In this document: piece by piece, positions 46,525 to 56,858 of the stretch
Numbering within the stretch: the first letter of the stretch is position 1
How the letters are laid out: each line of letters begins with the position of its first letter
Source of the DNA: an uncultured Bdellovibrionales bacterium
Lineage (GTDB): Bacteria > Patescibacteriota > Minisyncoccia > Moranbacterales > UBA1568
Direction: 5' to 3'
Length of the DNA stretch: 64,000 nucleotides
NCBI GenBank assembly: GCA_964384235.1
Contig: CAYLJX010000004.1
Span: 15,916 to 79,915 of the forward strand
The notes under the pieces: generated by a model
What the model was told of the DNA's origin: nothing
Databases searched by the model: none
What the model saw: only the letters and a program-made list of their open reading frames with translations
Made by a program: the position numbers and the translations under genes

Positions 46525-46968
46525 CTATTCCAAATCGAGAGAGCGGGTCGGGCGCATGATGGATTTCGGGTCGGTCTTCCAAGCGTCGGAAACGTCGGCG
46601 TAAAGCTCGAGCTGGTTACCGTCCGGGTCGAGGATGTAGAGGCTGTGCGTCACCGCGTGGTCGCCTGAGCCGACGATGGCGACATTCCCCTTTTCCTTGA
46701 GCTCCCGGTACGCCTCTTTCACCGCATCCGGTCCGTCGCCGATCTTGAAGCCGATGTGGTACAGGCCCGGCTCCGGCAAATGCGCATCCCTCGGCTTCCC
46801 ACCCACCTCCAAGAGCATGAGTTCGTGATGCGTGCGCCCGGCAGAATAGACCGCGTATCCGCGGCCACGGTCGATCTCGTGAAAGCCGAGCGTGTCACGG
46901 TAGAAATCCGCCGACCGTGCGAGATCAGTGACATAGAGCACGACATGTCCAAGTTCGTGAATACGCAT
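46525..46968 (-). CDS. VOC-family protein (glyoxalase/extradiol dioxygenase-like)
   Basis: HVVLYVTDLARSADFYRDTLGF and a second module carrying H/E ligands. Confidence 0.7.
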   Translation of the reverse strand: MRIHELGHVVLYVTDLARSADFYRDTLGFHEIDRGRGYAVYSAGRTHHELMLLEVGGKPRDAHLPEPGLYHIGFKIGDGPDAVKEAYRELKEKGNVAIVGSGDHAVTHSLYILDPDGNQLELYADVSDAWKTDPKSIMRPTRSLDLE

Positions 46969-46973
46969 AGCAG

Positions 46974-47216
46974 TTATTGCAGCGGTATGCCGTTATCGCG
47001 TATGTCGATGATTTGGTTGATTTCCTCTTCGCGTCTTTTCTCTTCCTCTTCTTCCCTTTTGATCCTTTCCAGGTTGCCTTCGATCTGATACTCAGTATCG
47101 ATTTCCGGTGTCGGGGCGACCTCTCCTACTTCCGGTTGAACATCAGGATGTTCCGGCTTCTCAGGCTCCGGCTGATCCTCTTCCTTCCGCGGAACGAATT
47201 TTTCGATGAAATTCAT
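46974..47216 (-). CDS. small acidic hypothetical protein
   Basis: The start is placed at ATG 47216 (MNFIEKF...). This avoids an overlap with the upstream gene that the ORF track start at 47327 would create. The protein is rich in E/K/P. Confidence 0.4.
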   Translation of the reverse strand: MNFIEKFVPRKEEDQPEPEKPEHPDVQPEVGEVAPTPEIDTEYQIEGNLERIKREEEEEKRREEEINQIIDIRDNGIPLQ

Positions 47217-47265
47217 AGATGATAAGGAGTAAGAGACAAGGGACAAGTAACAAGAAAAGGGGGAG

Positions 47266-47703
47266 TCACGATTTTTTTCTTGTTTTCCACCATTCCCAAG
47301 CAAACATCGCAAGGCTGATGACAACAAAAAGCTCGCTCATCGCGATGGAAACCGACAATTTTGTCGGGCCGATACCAAGCCAACCCCCCACAGAAACCGG
47401 AACCAACGAAATCAAAACAACAGAAACAAAAAACCAACCCAAAGCGAATCGAAACCACTTTATGAAGAGTCCGTCTCGAACAAAAAAGAGAAAAAAAGAA
47501 ACAATAATCAATGCAATAGACAGCCAGTAGAGTGGCTTTCCTACAGTTTGTGAGCTCTTATCAAGACATCCTTGATAATCACCAAAATTATATTGGTTAT
47601 CACAAATACCAAACATCAGCTGATTACGAGTAATGTAGGATATTCCAAACAGCACAACGGCCAACAAAAGAACCGTTATCCTCCACCAATATGTCTTTTG
47701 CAT
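47266..47703 (-). CDS. hypothetical multi-pass membrane protein (lower-GC gene)
   Basis: 145 aa with 4 hydrophobic helices. The local GC content is clearly below the window average. Confidence 0.5.
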   Translation of the reverse strand: MQKTYWWRITVLLLAVVLFGISYITRNQLMFGICDNQYNFGDYQGCLDKSSQTVGKPLYWLSIALIIVSFFLFFVRDGLFIKWFRFALGWFFVSVVLISLVPVSVGGWLGIGPTKLSVSIAMSELFVVISLAMFAWEWWKTRKKS

Positions 47704-47712
47704 ATTTTTCTT

Positions 47713-50700
47713 TTAGTAACTTATTTTCACCTTCCCCTGCCCTGTCTGCATGAAGGGCACTACGAGTCCTGAGAGCTCCTTCTTCATCGGTCGAGTATCG
47801 ACTCTGTCATCGTCTTCTTCCTCGTCCAATTCTTCCGGTTTTTCCATGATCACTGTCACGTCTTTCTTGGGACGATAGTGCGATTCGACCTTCATCTCGC
47901 CGCTTCGGAAGAACGAGGCAAGGATGAGGTATTTCTTCTCCTTCTCATTATATACCCATTTGTACCGGAAGGCCGTATCAGAGAGCTTGGTCACTTGGCC
48001 ATCGTATGAGATGGATTCGAGCGTACGAACGATACGGTGCTCTTTATCCTTGACATCGGAGAACGTGAGCAACGTGACATGACCAGCTTCATCGATGAGG
48101 GAAACAGTCGTCTCGTCTTTTTTCTTGCGGTCTTTCTTATTGTCTTTTTTCGAAGATTCCGGATCAGAGTCCGGGACGACCACTGAGACAGTGGTCAGAT
48201 TGTCCGTACCGGTGATATCGAGCTTCTGGGTATCCTTGTTAAACTGAATCTTGGCTTCGGGAACAGTCTTGTCGATTTTGATCGTTACCGTCTTTTTCTC
48301 TTCTTTGTTCTCTTCTTTGTCGGTGGAGAAATACTGAAGTGTATCCGTGCCCTCCTTGGAAAGGATAATCGGTTCGTCATATTCCTTCCATGTCTTGCCA
48401 TCATCGAGGGAGTATTCCGTCTTGTCGATACCGCTGCCTCCTTCGTCATCCGTGGCAGTAAGCGTAACCGTGACATCGCTCACGTACCAGCCATTCTTGC
48501 CTTCCGTACCAGAAAGGAAGTGTTCCGTAACCGGAGGAACGATATCGCCGAGCGTCGCGGTACCATCCGGTACCGGGACGACCCGATAGTCTTTCCCATC
48601 ATCGCCGTCCACGTCGGCTTCCAACGGTTCGAGGTCGTCCAGACCACTCTCCGGAATATCCAACGAAACGACCGTATCGGCAGTGGTCGGCAAGTTCTCG
48701 AACGTCGTATAGGAAACGATTTCCTCGTCAGTCGCCGTCGGTTTCACTTCCTGGAGTTTGAGCGTATACGATCCGGTCGCATAGCCGTCCATCCGGACGC
48801 GGATATGCTCGCCACCGCCGAATCCGACATACTTTCGGTCGCCGAACTGGTAGTAGTAGCTGTTGGGAATACCCTCCTCGAAAGCGATGCGTTCCTCTCC
48901 ATCGATCGTCACCTTCTTTGGTCCGGTATGGCGCCCCTCATCATCGTAGAGATGGATGTCGAGCGGTGAGTAGAGAGACATACGAAGACGGGATTCATTG
49001 TCATCAGTCTCCGGTCGAGCGCTTCTTATAAACACAGATGAATAGCTGTCCTCACTGTTAGTGACAATGTTTGCAAGTAACTGCTGAACTGGACCTACTT
49101 CGGTAAGATTTCTATGCGTATAATTCTTCTCCTCTTGAGAATTAATGTAGCCATTAAGATCCACCCAATACCTCTTCACGTTTTCAGACCCTGAAAACAT
49201 GAGTGCACTCGGTGTGACTACCACTTCGTCGCCATCCACGGTGAACTTCGGTTCATAGACCGGCTCGTACTCGGTGGTCTCACCACAGAGAGGGATGAAT
49301 CCGCCATCATCATCACATTCCACCATTTTCTTTTCCGTATATTCCACACCGCTCACCGTGTCCAATCCCCAACCGGCGATCTGGATCACCTGGATATCCA
49401 AGGGCGGTGTCCATGCATCCAGACGTGCGTGCATCCCGGCCGCCTTATCCAGCAGGTCGTCGTCCAAGACGTTTTCCAGATCCGTCTCGTTCTTGCCCGG
49501 TTCGTCACGTCCATCCTCCGTCCCGAGGAGGAATTTCTTGAACTCATCGTAGTCCCCGATAGTGTCGCCGTACGCATTCTTGAAATCCTCATAGCGTGTC
49601 CGCTCCGATGAGAAGCGTATGAACGGATCGTTCATCCGGTCGAAATACGTGGCCGAAGGAAGGAGTCCGTACGCGCCCGGCATATTCTCCGCGAGCTCGC
49701 GCGCCTCTCCCTGAGACATGAGGGTCGGAATCGGCTCGTCATAGCCGTAGAGCAGCGAAAGAACCGAGAGCGGCGTGCCCATCTGTGGCGAACCGACGAA
49801 GACGATCTTGTCCACGAGACCCGTCTTGCCCTGCCGGTCGAGTTCGAGCATGATCGCCTTGGCGAGGAGGCCGCCGTTGGAATGAGCGATGATTGTCACT
49901 TTGTCACTCTTGGAACTCTCGGAGAGAGCCTGGAGCCTCTCGAGAGCGGAGCGTATCTCGCCATCAGGATACGGCGTTCCGTCCCTCGCTATGTCTTCCA
50001 CGTCCATCCGCCAGTCATAGGCAAACGCTTCGTAGTCATTGATGGTACCACCTGATTTGAGCTCAGCGAGCTTGTCGAGGAATCCTTTGTAGAGAGGCCC
50101 CCCGACCACCAGGTAATCGATTGACTTCAAGACGTCTCTCGTATACACGCTCTCGATGCTCTTGCCATCCTCATCGAGTGAGAGTTCTTCGATGTCATCA
50201 CCGAACTGGTTCGGGAGCCACAGTTGGTCCTCCGTACCGAGAGCACCGTTCTTGTAGAGCTTGCTCGCCTTGATACCAGGAAGAAAGAAGACGTTGGAAT
50301 GACAATTTTCAACGCATCCCGCAAACGGATCCTCGGTCAGAAAGTTTTCCGTATCCACGCCGTTGAAGAACTTCGTCCAATCCGGACCCTCGGGGCGCCC
50401 CCACCAGTTGGACTGAAAGTTCCAGCGGATCTGGCCGGTGAGGTTCGCGACATCGAACTTGGTGTTATTGAAAAAGCGGGAACGGTTCACCCGGATATTC
50501 GTCCCGCGTTCCGAGTAGATATCGGAAATCATGATCCCGACGGCGACCAGGCTGTCATGGAAACTCGAATGCTCCACGGTGAGATAGGCCGTATCATAGA
50601 CCATCAACGTCCCTGTGATTTCCTGGTACCAGTTGTCGAGACCGGGTACCATGACGATCCGACCGCCACCGCTCACGTCGGCATAGTCGAGATCGATCCA

Positions 50701-51042
50701 TCCCTGCTGCGTGGCTCTGAAAAAATATGTCTCGTCGGAGTTTCCGGGATTCTCTTTCCTGAAAACGATCTGCTCATCGTACGTTCCCTGCGCATCGAGC
50801 TTGCCCTGGACATCGAGGATGGCATTGTTGACGAATGAGATGACGGATCCTTTGGCGACCGTCAGCGTCACGCCGGGAGCCACCCGGACCGTCCCTGCGA
50901 TGGTCCGATTACCGGACCAGACTGTGTCCTCGGTAATCATCTGAACATCTTCAGCCTGAGCGGATTTCAGACTGAAAAGACCGAGCGTCAATACGAAAAC
51001 AACCATCCCTCCCAGGACAATCTTCCGGAGCATACCTCTCAA
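47713..51042 (-). CDS. large secreted multidomain protein with central alpha/beta-hydrolase (lipase class 2 / PGAP1-like) domain
   Basis: 1109 aa. Signal peptide, an N-terminal beta-helix-like region, and the GxSxG nucleophile elbow IIAHSNGGLLAK inside a VFVGSPQMGTP-type lipase fold. Long C-terminal beta-rich domains follow. Confidence 0.65.
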   Translation of the reverse strand: MRGMLRKIVLGGMVVFVLTLGLFSLKSAQAEDVQMITEDTVWSGNRTIAGTVRVAPGVTLTVAKGSVISFVNNAILDVQGKLDAQGTYDEQIVFRKENPGNSDETYFFRATQQGWIDLDYADVSGGGRIVMVPGLDNWYQEITGTLMVYDTAYLTVEHSSFHDSLVAVGIMISDIYSERGTNIRVNRSRFFNNTKFDVANLTGQIRWNFQSNWWGRPEGPDWTKFFNGVDTENFLTEDPFAGCVENCHSNVFFLPGIKASKLYKNGALGTEDQLWLPNQFGDDIEELSLDEDGKSIESVYTRDVLKSIDYLVVGGPLYKGFLDKLAELKSGGTINDYEAFAYDWRMDVEDIARDGTPYPDGEIRSALERLQALSESSKSDKVTIIAHSNGGLLAKAIMLELDRQGKTGLVDKIVFVGSPQMGTPLSVLSLLYGYDEPIPTLMSQGEARELAENMPGAYGLLPSATYFDRMNDPFIRFSSERTRYEDFKNAYGDTIGDYDEFKKFLLGTEDGRDEPGKNETDLENVLDDDLLDKAAGMHARLDAWTPPLDIQVIQIAGWGLDTVSGVEYTEKKMVECDDDGGFIPLCGETTEYEPVYEPKFTVDGDEVVVTPSALMFSGSENVKRYWVDLNGYINSQEEKNYTHRNLTEVGPVQQLLANIVTNSEDSYSSVFIRSARPETDDNESRLRMSLYSPLDIHLYDDEGRHTGPKKVTIDGEERIAFEEGIPNSYYYQFGDRKYVGFGGGEHIRVRMDGYATGSYTLKLQEVKPTATDEEIVSYTTFENLPTTADTVVSLDIPESGLDDLEPLEADVDGDDGKDYRVVPVPDGTATLGDIVPPVTEHFLSGTEGKNGWYVSDVTVTLTATDDEGGSGIDKTEYSLDDGKTWKEYDEPIILSKEGTDTLQYFSTDKEENKEEKKTVTIKIDKTVPEAKIQFNKDTQKLDITGTDNLTTVSVVVPDSDPESSKKDNKKDRKKKDETTVSLIDEAGHVTLLTFSDVKDKEHRIVRTLESISYDGQVTKLSDTAFRYKWVYNEKEKKYLILASFFRSGEMKVESHYRPKKDVTVIMEKPEELDEEEDDDRVDTRPMKKELSGLVVPFMQTGQGKVKISY

Positions 51043-51122
51043 GCGTCAATAATTAACGTTTTAGGATACAGGGGAAATATGGCTTCAGTCAAGGAACAGC
51101 CGATGTGTGGTAAAGTGAGAGC

Positions 51123-51812
51123 ATGGATACGTCTTTTCGGGAAAATCAGAATAAAAATCCTCTCTCGCTTGGAACGCTTCTGCCGTCGGTCATAGGGATC
51201 GGCATACTGTTCGGATTGGGACTTTTGTTCACGCGCGTGTTCCGGGAAGACATCCTCGCCACGCTTGCGGGACATGCGTACCTCGGAATCCTCGTTTTCG
51301 TAAGTACTACCGCACTCGCGGTCGTTCTCCCCTTTTGGAGCAACTTGCCCCTCATACCGGTCGCGACACTCCTCTATGGTCCGCTTGCGACGACCGGACT
51401 CCTCATCCTCGGGTGGACCATCGGGTCGGTCGTCTCGTTCGCGTTCGCACGCGGCTACCAGCACTGGATGATTCGTCGTTTTCCCACGCTCTCGCGCTAT
51501 GCTTTCGTCGACAGCCTGGTCCATCCGCGACATCCGTTCCTTTCGCTCGTGATTTTGCGCATGACGCTGCCGGTCGACATTCTTTCCTATGCTCTCGGAT
51601 GTTTCAGTTTGCGTGTCTCTCCACGGATGAACCTTTTTTCGACTCTCGTCGGTATCGCGCCGTTCTCCTTTGTCTTCGGATACTTCGGCGCGCTCTCGCC
51701 CGAGACTCAAGTCTTGGTGTCCGTGCTCGCCGCCGCCGGGTTTCTCACGTATTACTTCATGTTTCTCAAACGAATGAGAGGAAACATAGACAAAAGAGAG
51801 AAAATTCAATAA
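51123..51812 (+). CDS. TVP38/TMEM64 (DedA-superfamily) membrane protein
   Basis: 229 aa, multi-TM. The glycine-rich re-entrant pattern is typical of DedA/TVP38. The 270-aa antisense ORF 51039-51851 is low-complexity and judged spurious. Confidence 0.6.
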   Translation: MDTSFRENQNKNPLSLGTLLPSVIGIGILFGLGLLFTRVFREDILATLAGHAYLGILVFVSTTALAVVLPFWSNLPLIPVATLLYGPLATTGLLILGWTIGSVVSFAFARGYQHWMIRRFPTLSRYAFVDSLVHPRHPFLSLVILRMTLPVDILSYALGCFSLRVSPRMNLFSTLVGIAPFSFVFGYFGALSPETQVLVSVLAAAGFLTYYFMFLKRMRGNIDKREKIQ

Positions 51813-51825
51813 TGTAAAAGTACTG

Positions 51826-51857
51826 GATTCCCGCCTTCGCGGGAATGACATTTTTTA
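51826..51857 (+). terminator. rho-independent terminator
   Basis: Stem attcccgc / gcgggaat (51827-51834 and 51839-51846), loop cttc, then gacatttttt. Confidence 0.65.
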
Positions 51858-51863
51858 GGACAC

Positions 51864-52469
51864 ATGACCAAAGACAACAATCCACAATCCGAGGTGAAGC
51901 CTCTCCTTGAAAGAGTGGCGCTCGGGGCACCGAAATATGTCGGGTCGCCTGTTTCGCTCGTCCTCCACACGATCTTCTTCGTGGGGATTTTCGGCTTGCA
52001 GTTCGTCGGCTTCGGCTTCGACCAGATCATGCTCATCCTCACCACGGTCGTCTCGCTCGAGGCCATCTACCTCTCCATCTTCATCCAGATGACGGTCAAC
52101 CACCAGGCCAAGCAGATCGAGGAAGTGAGCGAGGACGTCGAGGAGATCAGCGAGGACGTGGAAGGCATCTCTGAGGACGTCGAGGAAATTTCCAAGGACA
52201 TTGATGACATCCAGGAGGACGTGGAGGACATTTCGGAAGACGTGGAAGAGATTTCCAAGGACATTGATGACATCCAGGAGGACGTCAAGGAAATCGGTGA
52301 GGACGTGGAGGAAATATCGGAAGACGTGGAAGATATCGGCGAGGAAATCGAAAAGGATGACAAGGAGTATACCGCCGACCGCACGCAGGACGTCCAAAAG
52401 ATCCAAAAAATCGAGGGCGTCCTCGAAGAGCTTCTGAAAGAGATCAGGGAGATGAAGGTACGCAAGTAG
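51864..52469 (+). CDS. DUF1003-family membrane protein with C-terminal acidic heptad-repeat tail
   Basis: The N-terminal two-TM core with LILTTVVSLEAIYLSIFIQMTVNHQ matches the DUF1003 pattern. The C-terminus carries (SEDVEEI)-type 7-aa repeats x11. Confidence 0.65.
   Translation: MTKDNNPQSEVKPLLERVALGAPKYVGSPVSLVLHTIFFVGIFGLQFVGFGFDQIMLILTTVVSLEAIYLSIFIQMTVNHQAKQIEEVSEDVEEISEDVEGISEDVEEISKDIDDIQEDVEDISEDVEEISKDIDDIQEDVKEIGEDVEEISEDVEDIGEEIEKDDKEYTADRTQDVQKIQKIEGVLEELLKEIREMKVRK
52118..52355. repeat. 21-bp (7-codon) tandem repeat x11 with a 63-bp higher-order duplication, inside gene 51864-52469
   Basis: EEVSEDV EEISEDV EGISEDV EEISKDI DDIQEDV ... The 35-nt string atttccaaggacattgatgacatccaggaggacgt occurs at both 52187-52221 and 52250-52284. 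Confidence 0.75.
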
Positions 52470-52486
52470 TCAAAAATATCTGTGTA

Positions 52487-52528
52487 AAAAAATCTCCGTG
52501 GAGAGAACGATCCTCTCCACGGATTTTC
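52487..52528. terminator. bidirectional intrinsic terminator between convergent genes
   Basis: Perfect 11-bp stem tccgtggagag / ctctccacgga (52495-52505 and 52513-52523). A-run on the left, T-run on the right. Confidence 0.6.
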
Positions 52529-52546
52529 ATTGCCTGACTGTGTGGT

Positions 52547-53638
52547 TCAGGGAGACGAGGACTGCACCACGAACTCACGCGTATCGTGATCGAAGCGAAG
52601 TTTCTTCTTCCTGTCCTCGAACGGCATATCCCACTTGTACAGCCGACCCCGTTCATCGGCGGCACGGATGATTTCCCGCATCCGCCATGGCCGCAGGAGC
52701 GCGACCGTCCCGATAGCGATGCCGCTCGCCCCGGCATGCCAGAGCTCCGCTACGTTGGCGGCATCCTGGATGCCGTTGCCGGCGATGATGGGGATCCTGA
52801 TACCGGCCTCGCGTGCCTCCCTCGCCTTTTCGCGGGTGAGGTGAAAGCACATCGGCCCGGAGAGACCTCCTTTCTTGGTAGACGTGACAGGATCCTCGTC
52901 GAAACGCCTCGGCAATGCCGAGAGGCCCCCTTGTTCCAGATAGCCCCAGTCGATCTCCGGCGTCGAACCCCACGGAATCGCGTTCGCGATCCAGAAGGCG
53001 TCCGCCAGATGTTCGACCGTCGTCAGGACTTTCACCGGAACCAGCGCATTGAGATTGACGATGAGCGGGATGCCGAGGTACCGAAGCGCTTGCAGCACTG
53101 CGCCTATCATGCCGTAAAGCGTGGCAGGATCGATGCCGGTGTTGGGACAGGCGAAGTTCACATGAAGCGCCACCGGTCCCTTGAAATGTCCGAGATGCGG
53201 TTGGAACCGCCGGACAAATTCCTCCGCCTGGAGAACCATATCCGATGAAAAATCTCCCTTGGGCATAAAGGAAAGCATGATCGGATCGGTCCGCCGCTGC
53301 CATACCCCCTTCTTGAGAAGCGCGTCCATACCGGGATTGGTCAACCCTACCGTGTTTACGATGTGGCCGCTCTTGGGATACGCCTTGATACTCCTCGGGA
53401 GCCACTCCTTAGGATGAAGGTCCGGCCGTAACGGGGTGTTGCCGACGTTTGGCTCGAGCGTCATGGTCTTGGCCACGAAACTGCAGCCGCCCCACGTATA
53501 TCCGAGAAACAACTTCCAGAGCCACGAGTACCAGTACTCATTCTCGCAGAAAAACCCACGGGCTCCGGGAGCGTTGAATGCGTATCCGAATTCCACGTCG
53601 ACGCCCGCATATCTTCCACTTCTTGGTTTCAGTTTCAC
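52547..53638 (-). CDS. dihydroorotate-dehydrogenase-like TIM-barrel flavoprotein (divergent, with N-terminal extension)
   Basis: NTVGLTNPG, FACPNTG, and the C-terminal IIAGNGIQDAANVAELWHAGASGIAIGT FMN-binding pattern. Confidence 0.55.
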   Translation of the reverse strand: MKLKPRSGRYAGVDVEFGYAFNAPGARGFFCENEYWYSWLWKLFLGYTWGGCSFVAKTMTLEPNVGNTPLRPDLHPKEWLPRSIKAYPKSGHIVNTVGLTNPGMDALLKKGVWQRRTDPIMLSFMPKGDFSSDMVLQAEEFVRRFQPHLGHFKGPVALHVNFACPNTGIDPATLYGMIGAVLQALRYLGIPLIVNLNALVPVKVLTTVEHLADAFWIANAIPWGSTPEIDWGYLEQGGLSALPRRFDEDPVTSTKKGGLSGPMCFHLTREKAREAREAGIRIPIIAGNGIQDAANVAELWHAGASGIAIGTVALLRPWRMREIIRAADERGRLYKWDMPFEDRKKKLRFDHDTREFVVQSSSP

Positions 53639-53732
53639 TGCCTGCTCCTTTCTCTTCAGGTTGTCGAGGAACTACGCCAAAACGAACGTTCTCGTTTCGA
53701 CGCAGTGTAGTACGGAAGCCGAAAAGCGTCAA

Positions 53733-53780
53733 CACAAAAAAGACGAAAGCGGGCCGTGATGTTCTACGAGCCCGCTTTTG
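53733..53780 (-). terminator. rho-independent terminator (minus strand) ending the ogt-ydjC-uvrA2-small-gene transcription unit
   Basis: Stem agcgggc / gcccgct (53748-53754 and 53770-53776). On the minus strand it is followed by UUUCGUCUUUUUUGUG. Confidence 0.55.
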
Positions 53781-53792
53781 CTACCAACTGGA

Positions 53793-54140
53793 TCAGGAAG
53801 ATAGGAAGCGTCGTTCCTTGGTATAAAGTCGTCCCTCCAACGTATCCCGCTGGAAAACGATATAGAACTCGTGTTTGCATCTGTCTCCCCTGAAACGATA
53901 GGTGACCCTTGCCAAGTACACACCCGGATGTGTTTCCGGTTTGATGGGAAACCTCCCGAAGGATATTTCCCTTCTTGCTTCCGGATCAGTCCGGCCGTAA
54001 TGATATTCCAGAACGATGGCGAGTATCTTTTCACGGAGAATTCTCTCGCACGTTTTCCTGCAGGAAGAACTCTTCTTCCGAAACTCCACTTTCTCTTCCG
54101 GAGTAAAGGAAATTCTCACGCCAGCAATTTCACGTTGCAC
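53793..54140 (-). CDS. hypothetical small protein (GTG start) downstream of uvrA paralog
   Basis: Strong RBS GGAAGGAGG sits 6 nt upstream of the GTG at 54138-54140. 115 aa. No motif was recognised. Confidence 0.5.
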   Translation of the reverse strand: MQREIAGVRISFTPEEKVEFRKKSSSCRKTCERILREKILAIVLEYHYGRTDPEARREISFGRFPIKPETHPGVYLARVTYRFRGDRCKHEFYIVFQRDTLEGRLYTKERRFLSS

Positions 54141-54202
54141 GATAGACCTCCTTCCTTGTCGCGTTGTTCAAGAACCGCCCCCAACCTATTAGTCCCCAGT
54201 CT

Positions 54203-56797
54203 CTACCCTCTTTTCCCTGTTGTCAACACCTTCTTGAGATACATACCGGTATACGAGCCGGTTTTGCGGGCGACTTCCTCGGGCGTGCCATGGGCGACGA
54301 GCTTGCCGCCGCCCGATCCGCCTTCCGGTCCGATATCGATGACATAGTCGGCGCTCTTGATGAGATCCATGTTGTGCTCAATGACGAGGACGGTATTACC
54401 CTTCACCACGAGACGTTCGAGGATCTCGATCAGTTTCTTGACATCCTCGTAGTGGAGCCCGATGGTCGGCTCATCGAGGAGATAGATGGTGCGCTCGATG
54501 TGCTGGCGGTAGAGCTCGCTCGCGATTTTCACGCGCTGCGCTTCGCCGCCGGAGAGCGTGGTCGCGGATTGGCCGAGCTTGAGATAACCGAGACCCACTT
54601 CGTTGAGCGTCTTCAGCCGGTCGGCGATGGCCGGGATGTCATGGAAGAACGCGTAGGATTCCTCGATGGTCATCTCGAGCACCTCGTAGACGTTCTTGTG
54701 CTTGTACTTGACCTCGAGGGTTTCCTTGGTGAAGCGCTTGCCATCGCAGACGTCGCACGTCACGTAGACCGTCGGGAGAAAGTGCATCTCGACGGCGATG
54801 AAGCCGTTCCCCTCGCACGTCTCGCAACGCCCGCCGGGACGATTGAAGGAAAAGCGGCCGGCGCGCCACCCCCTGACCCGCGCCTCTTCCGTCGAGGCGA
54901 AGAGGTCGCGCACGTGCGTCCACGCGCCGGTGTAGGTGGCCGGATTGGAGCGAGGCGTCCGACCGATCGGACTCTGATCGATGAGGACCGCGCGGGAGAG
55001 GTACTCGCTCCCGGTGAACGTCTTGCAATGGAAGGTCTTGTTGGATTTGTAGCGGCGGTCGAAACGGGTCTGGAGGTTCTTGTGGATGATCTCGTAGAGA
55101 AGGGTCGACTTGCCCGAGCCGGACACGCCCGTGATGACGTTGAAGCGTCCGAGTGGGATGTCGACGTTCATGTTCTTGATATTGAAGAGCTCTCCGCCGC
55201 GGACCTTGAGCTCGCCCTTTTCCTTGGTCCGGCGGGTCGCCGGGACAGGCACGCGCGTCTCGTCACGCAGGTATGAGAGCGTGAGCGACCCCGATTTGTT
55301 CTTGGGCGCGGTGAGGAGCTCATCGAGAAAACCGGAAACCACGACGCTTCCGCCATGGACGCCGGCACCGGGTCCGATATCGACGATGTAGTCCGAGGCG
55401 AAGATCGTGTCCTCGTCATGCTCCACCACGATGATGGTGTTGCCGAGGCTCCGCAGGGCCTGGAGCGTCTCGATGAGCCGCTCGTTGTCACGTTGGTGCA
55501 GACCGATGGTCGGTTCGTCGAGGACGTAGAGCGCGCCCACGAGCTGGGAGCCGAGCTGCGAAGCGAGCCGGATACGCTGGGCCTCGCCGCCGGAGAGTGT
55601 GTTGGCCCGACGATCGAGGGTGAGATAGTTGAGGCCGACATTGAGGAGAAACTGCAGCCGCGAGCCGATCTCACGGAGGACCACCGCGGCGATCTCACGC
55701 TCACGCTCGGTGAGATCGAGTCCGTCGAAAAAATTCCTCGCGTCTTCGGTGGTGAGCTTGGTCAGTTCGACAATGTTTCGTTTGCCGACGAGGACGTGGA
55801 GCGCTTCCTCGCGCAGACGCGTCCCGTGACAGACCTCACACGGCTCGTCGCCGAAAAAGTGCTTGGTCCCGAGACCGTTGCAGGCCTCACAAGCACCATA
55901 GGGAGAGTTGAAGGAGAAAAGGCGCGGCTCGACCTCCGGATAGGAGAAGCCGTCATAAGGACAGGCGAACTTGGCCGAGAGGACGAACGGATCCGCACCA
56001 AGATGGATTTTCACGAGACCTTCGCTCTCCTCGATAGCGCGCTCCACCGCTTCGGAGAGACGCTCGCCGGACGTCTCGGGAAACTTCTCGAATTCGATGA
56101 GCGGCACCTCGTCGACGATGAGGTCGATGTCATGCTTCTTGTTCTTGGAGAGGATGACCTGTTCGCGCAGGCTCTTGCGCTCGCCGTCGAGGAAGATTTC
56201 CGAGAAACCTTTGCTCAGGGCATTGTAGAGGAGCTGATAGTACTCCCCTTTGCGGCCGCGCACCACCGGTGCCGTGATGATGAGCGAATCGTTTTTTTTC
56301 TTCGGCGAAACAAGAGCTTTCTTCATCCGTTCGCGCACGATCTCGAGCATCTCCTCGGTGGAGAGCTTTTGGATCTCGCGGTTGCAGACGAGACAGTGCG
56401 GCCGGCCCAACCGTGCGAAGAGCACGCGCAGGTAGTCATAGATCTCCGTCACGGTAGCGACCGTCGACCGAGGGTTCCTGCTCGCGGACTTCTGGTCGAT
56501 GGAGATGGCCGGTGAGAGACCGACGATCTCGTCCACGTCCGGCTTCTGCATGGTATTGAGGAATTGCCTGGCATACGCAGAAAGCGACTCGACGTAGCGG
56601 CGCTGCCCCTCGGCGAAGATCGTATCGAAGGCCAGGGAGGACTTGCCGGAACCAGAAAGACCGGTGAAGACGACCATCTTGTTCCGTGGCATCTCGACGG
56701 TGATGTTCTTGAGATTGTGAGTGCGCGCGCCCTTCACGACGATCCACTCAGAGGGTTCGTGTTTCATTGGGGTCATGTTTTTCGATGATTTGGACAT
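54203..56797 (-). CDS. uvrA: excinuclease ABC subunit A paralog lacking the insertion-domain segment
   Basis: 864 aa with both ABC modules and zinc-finger cysteines. After CEACNGLG...CEVCHGTRL the sequence continues directly into the signature region. The paralog at 32934-35735 has about 100 extra residues at this position. The N-terminal start is uncertain (56797, 56776 or 56767). Confidence 0.85.
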   Translation of the reverse strand: MSKSSKNMTPMKHEPSEWIVVKGARTHNLKNITVEMPRNKMVVFTGLSGSGKSSLAFDTIFAEGQRRYVESLSAYARQFLNTMQKPDVDEIVGLSPAISIDQKSASRNPRSTVATVTEIYDYLRVLFARLGRPHCLVCNREIQKLSTEEMLEIVRERMKKALVSPKKKNDSLIITAPVVRGRKGEYYQLLYNALSKGFSEIFLDGERKSLREQVILSKNKKHDIDLIVDEVPLIEFEKFPETSGERLSEAVERAIEESEGLVKIHLGADPFVLSAKFACPYDGFSYPEVEPRLFSFNSPYGACEACNGLGTKHFFGDEPCEVCHGTRLREEALHVLVGKRNIVELTKLTTEDARNFFDGLDLTEREREIAAVVLREIGSRLQFLLNVGLNYLTLDRRANTLSGGEAQRIRLASQLGSQLVGALYVLDEPTIGLHQRDNERLIETLQALRSLGNTIIVVEHDEDTIFASDYIVDIGPGAGVHGGSVVVSGFLDELLTAPKNKSGSLTLSYLRDETRVPVPATRRTKEKGELKVRGGELFNIKNMNVDIPLGRFNVITGVSGSGKSTLLYEIIHKNLQTRFDRRYKSNKTFHCKTFTGSEYLSRAVLIDQSPIGRTPRSNPATYTGAWTHVRDLFASTEEARVRGWRAGRFSFNRPGGRCETCEGNGFIAVEMHFLPTVYVTCDVCDGKRFTKETLEVKYKHKNVYEVLEMTIEESYAFFHDIPAIADRLKTLNEVGLGYLKLGQSATTLSGGEAQRVKIASELYRQHIERTIYLLDEPTIGLHYEDVKKLIEILERLVVKGNTVLVIEHNMDLIKSADYVIDIGPEGGSGGGKLVAHGTPEEVARKTGSYTGMYLKKVLTTGKRG

Positions 56798-56858
56798 ACA
56801 AAAAAAGAAGCTATTGGTCCGTCAGTATACCCCGAAGCGAGGAAAGAATCAATGTTCG

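Noticed and set aside
56836-56847. GAATCAATGTTC upstream of the second uvrA, resembling the aacattg core of the uvrA palindrome.
   Set aside because: Only the outer GAA/TTC is palindromic. The similarity to GAGAAACATTGTTTCTC is limited to 7 nt and is plausibly chance.
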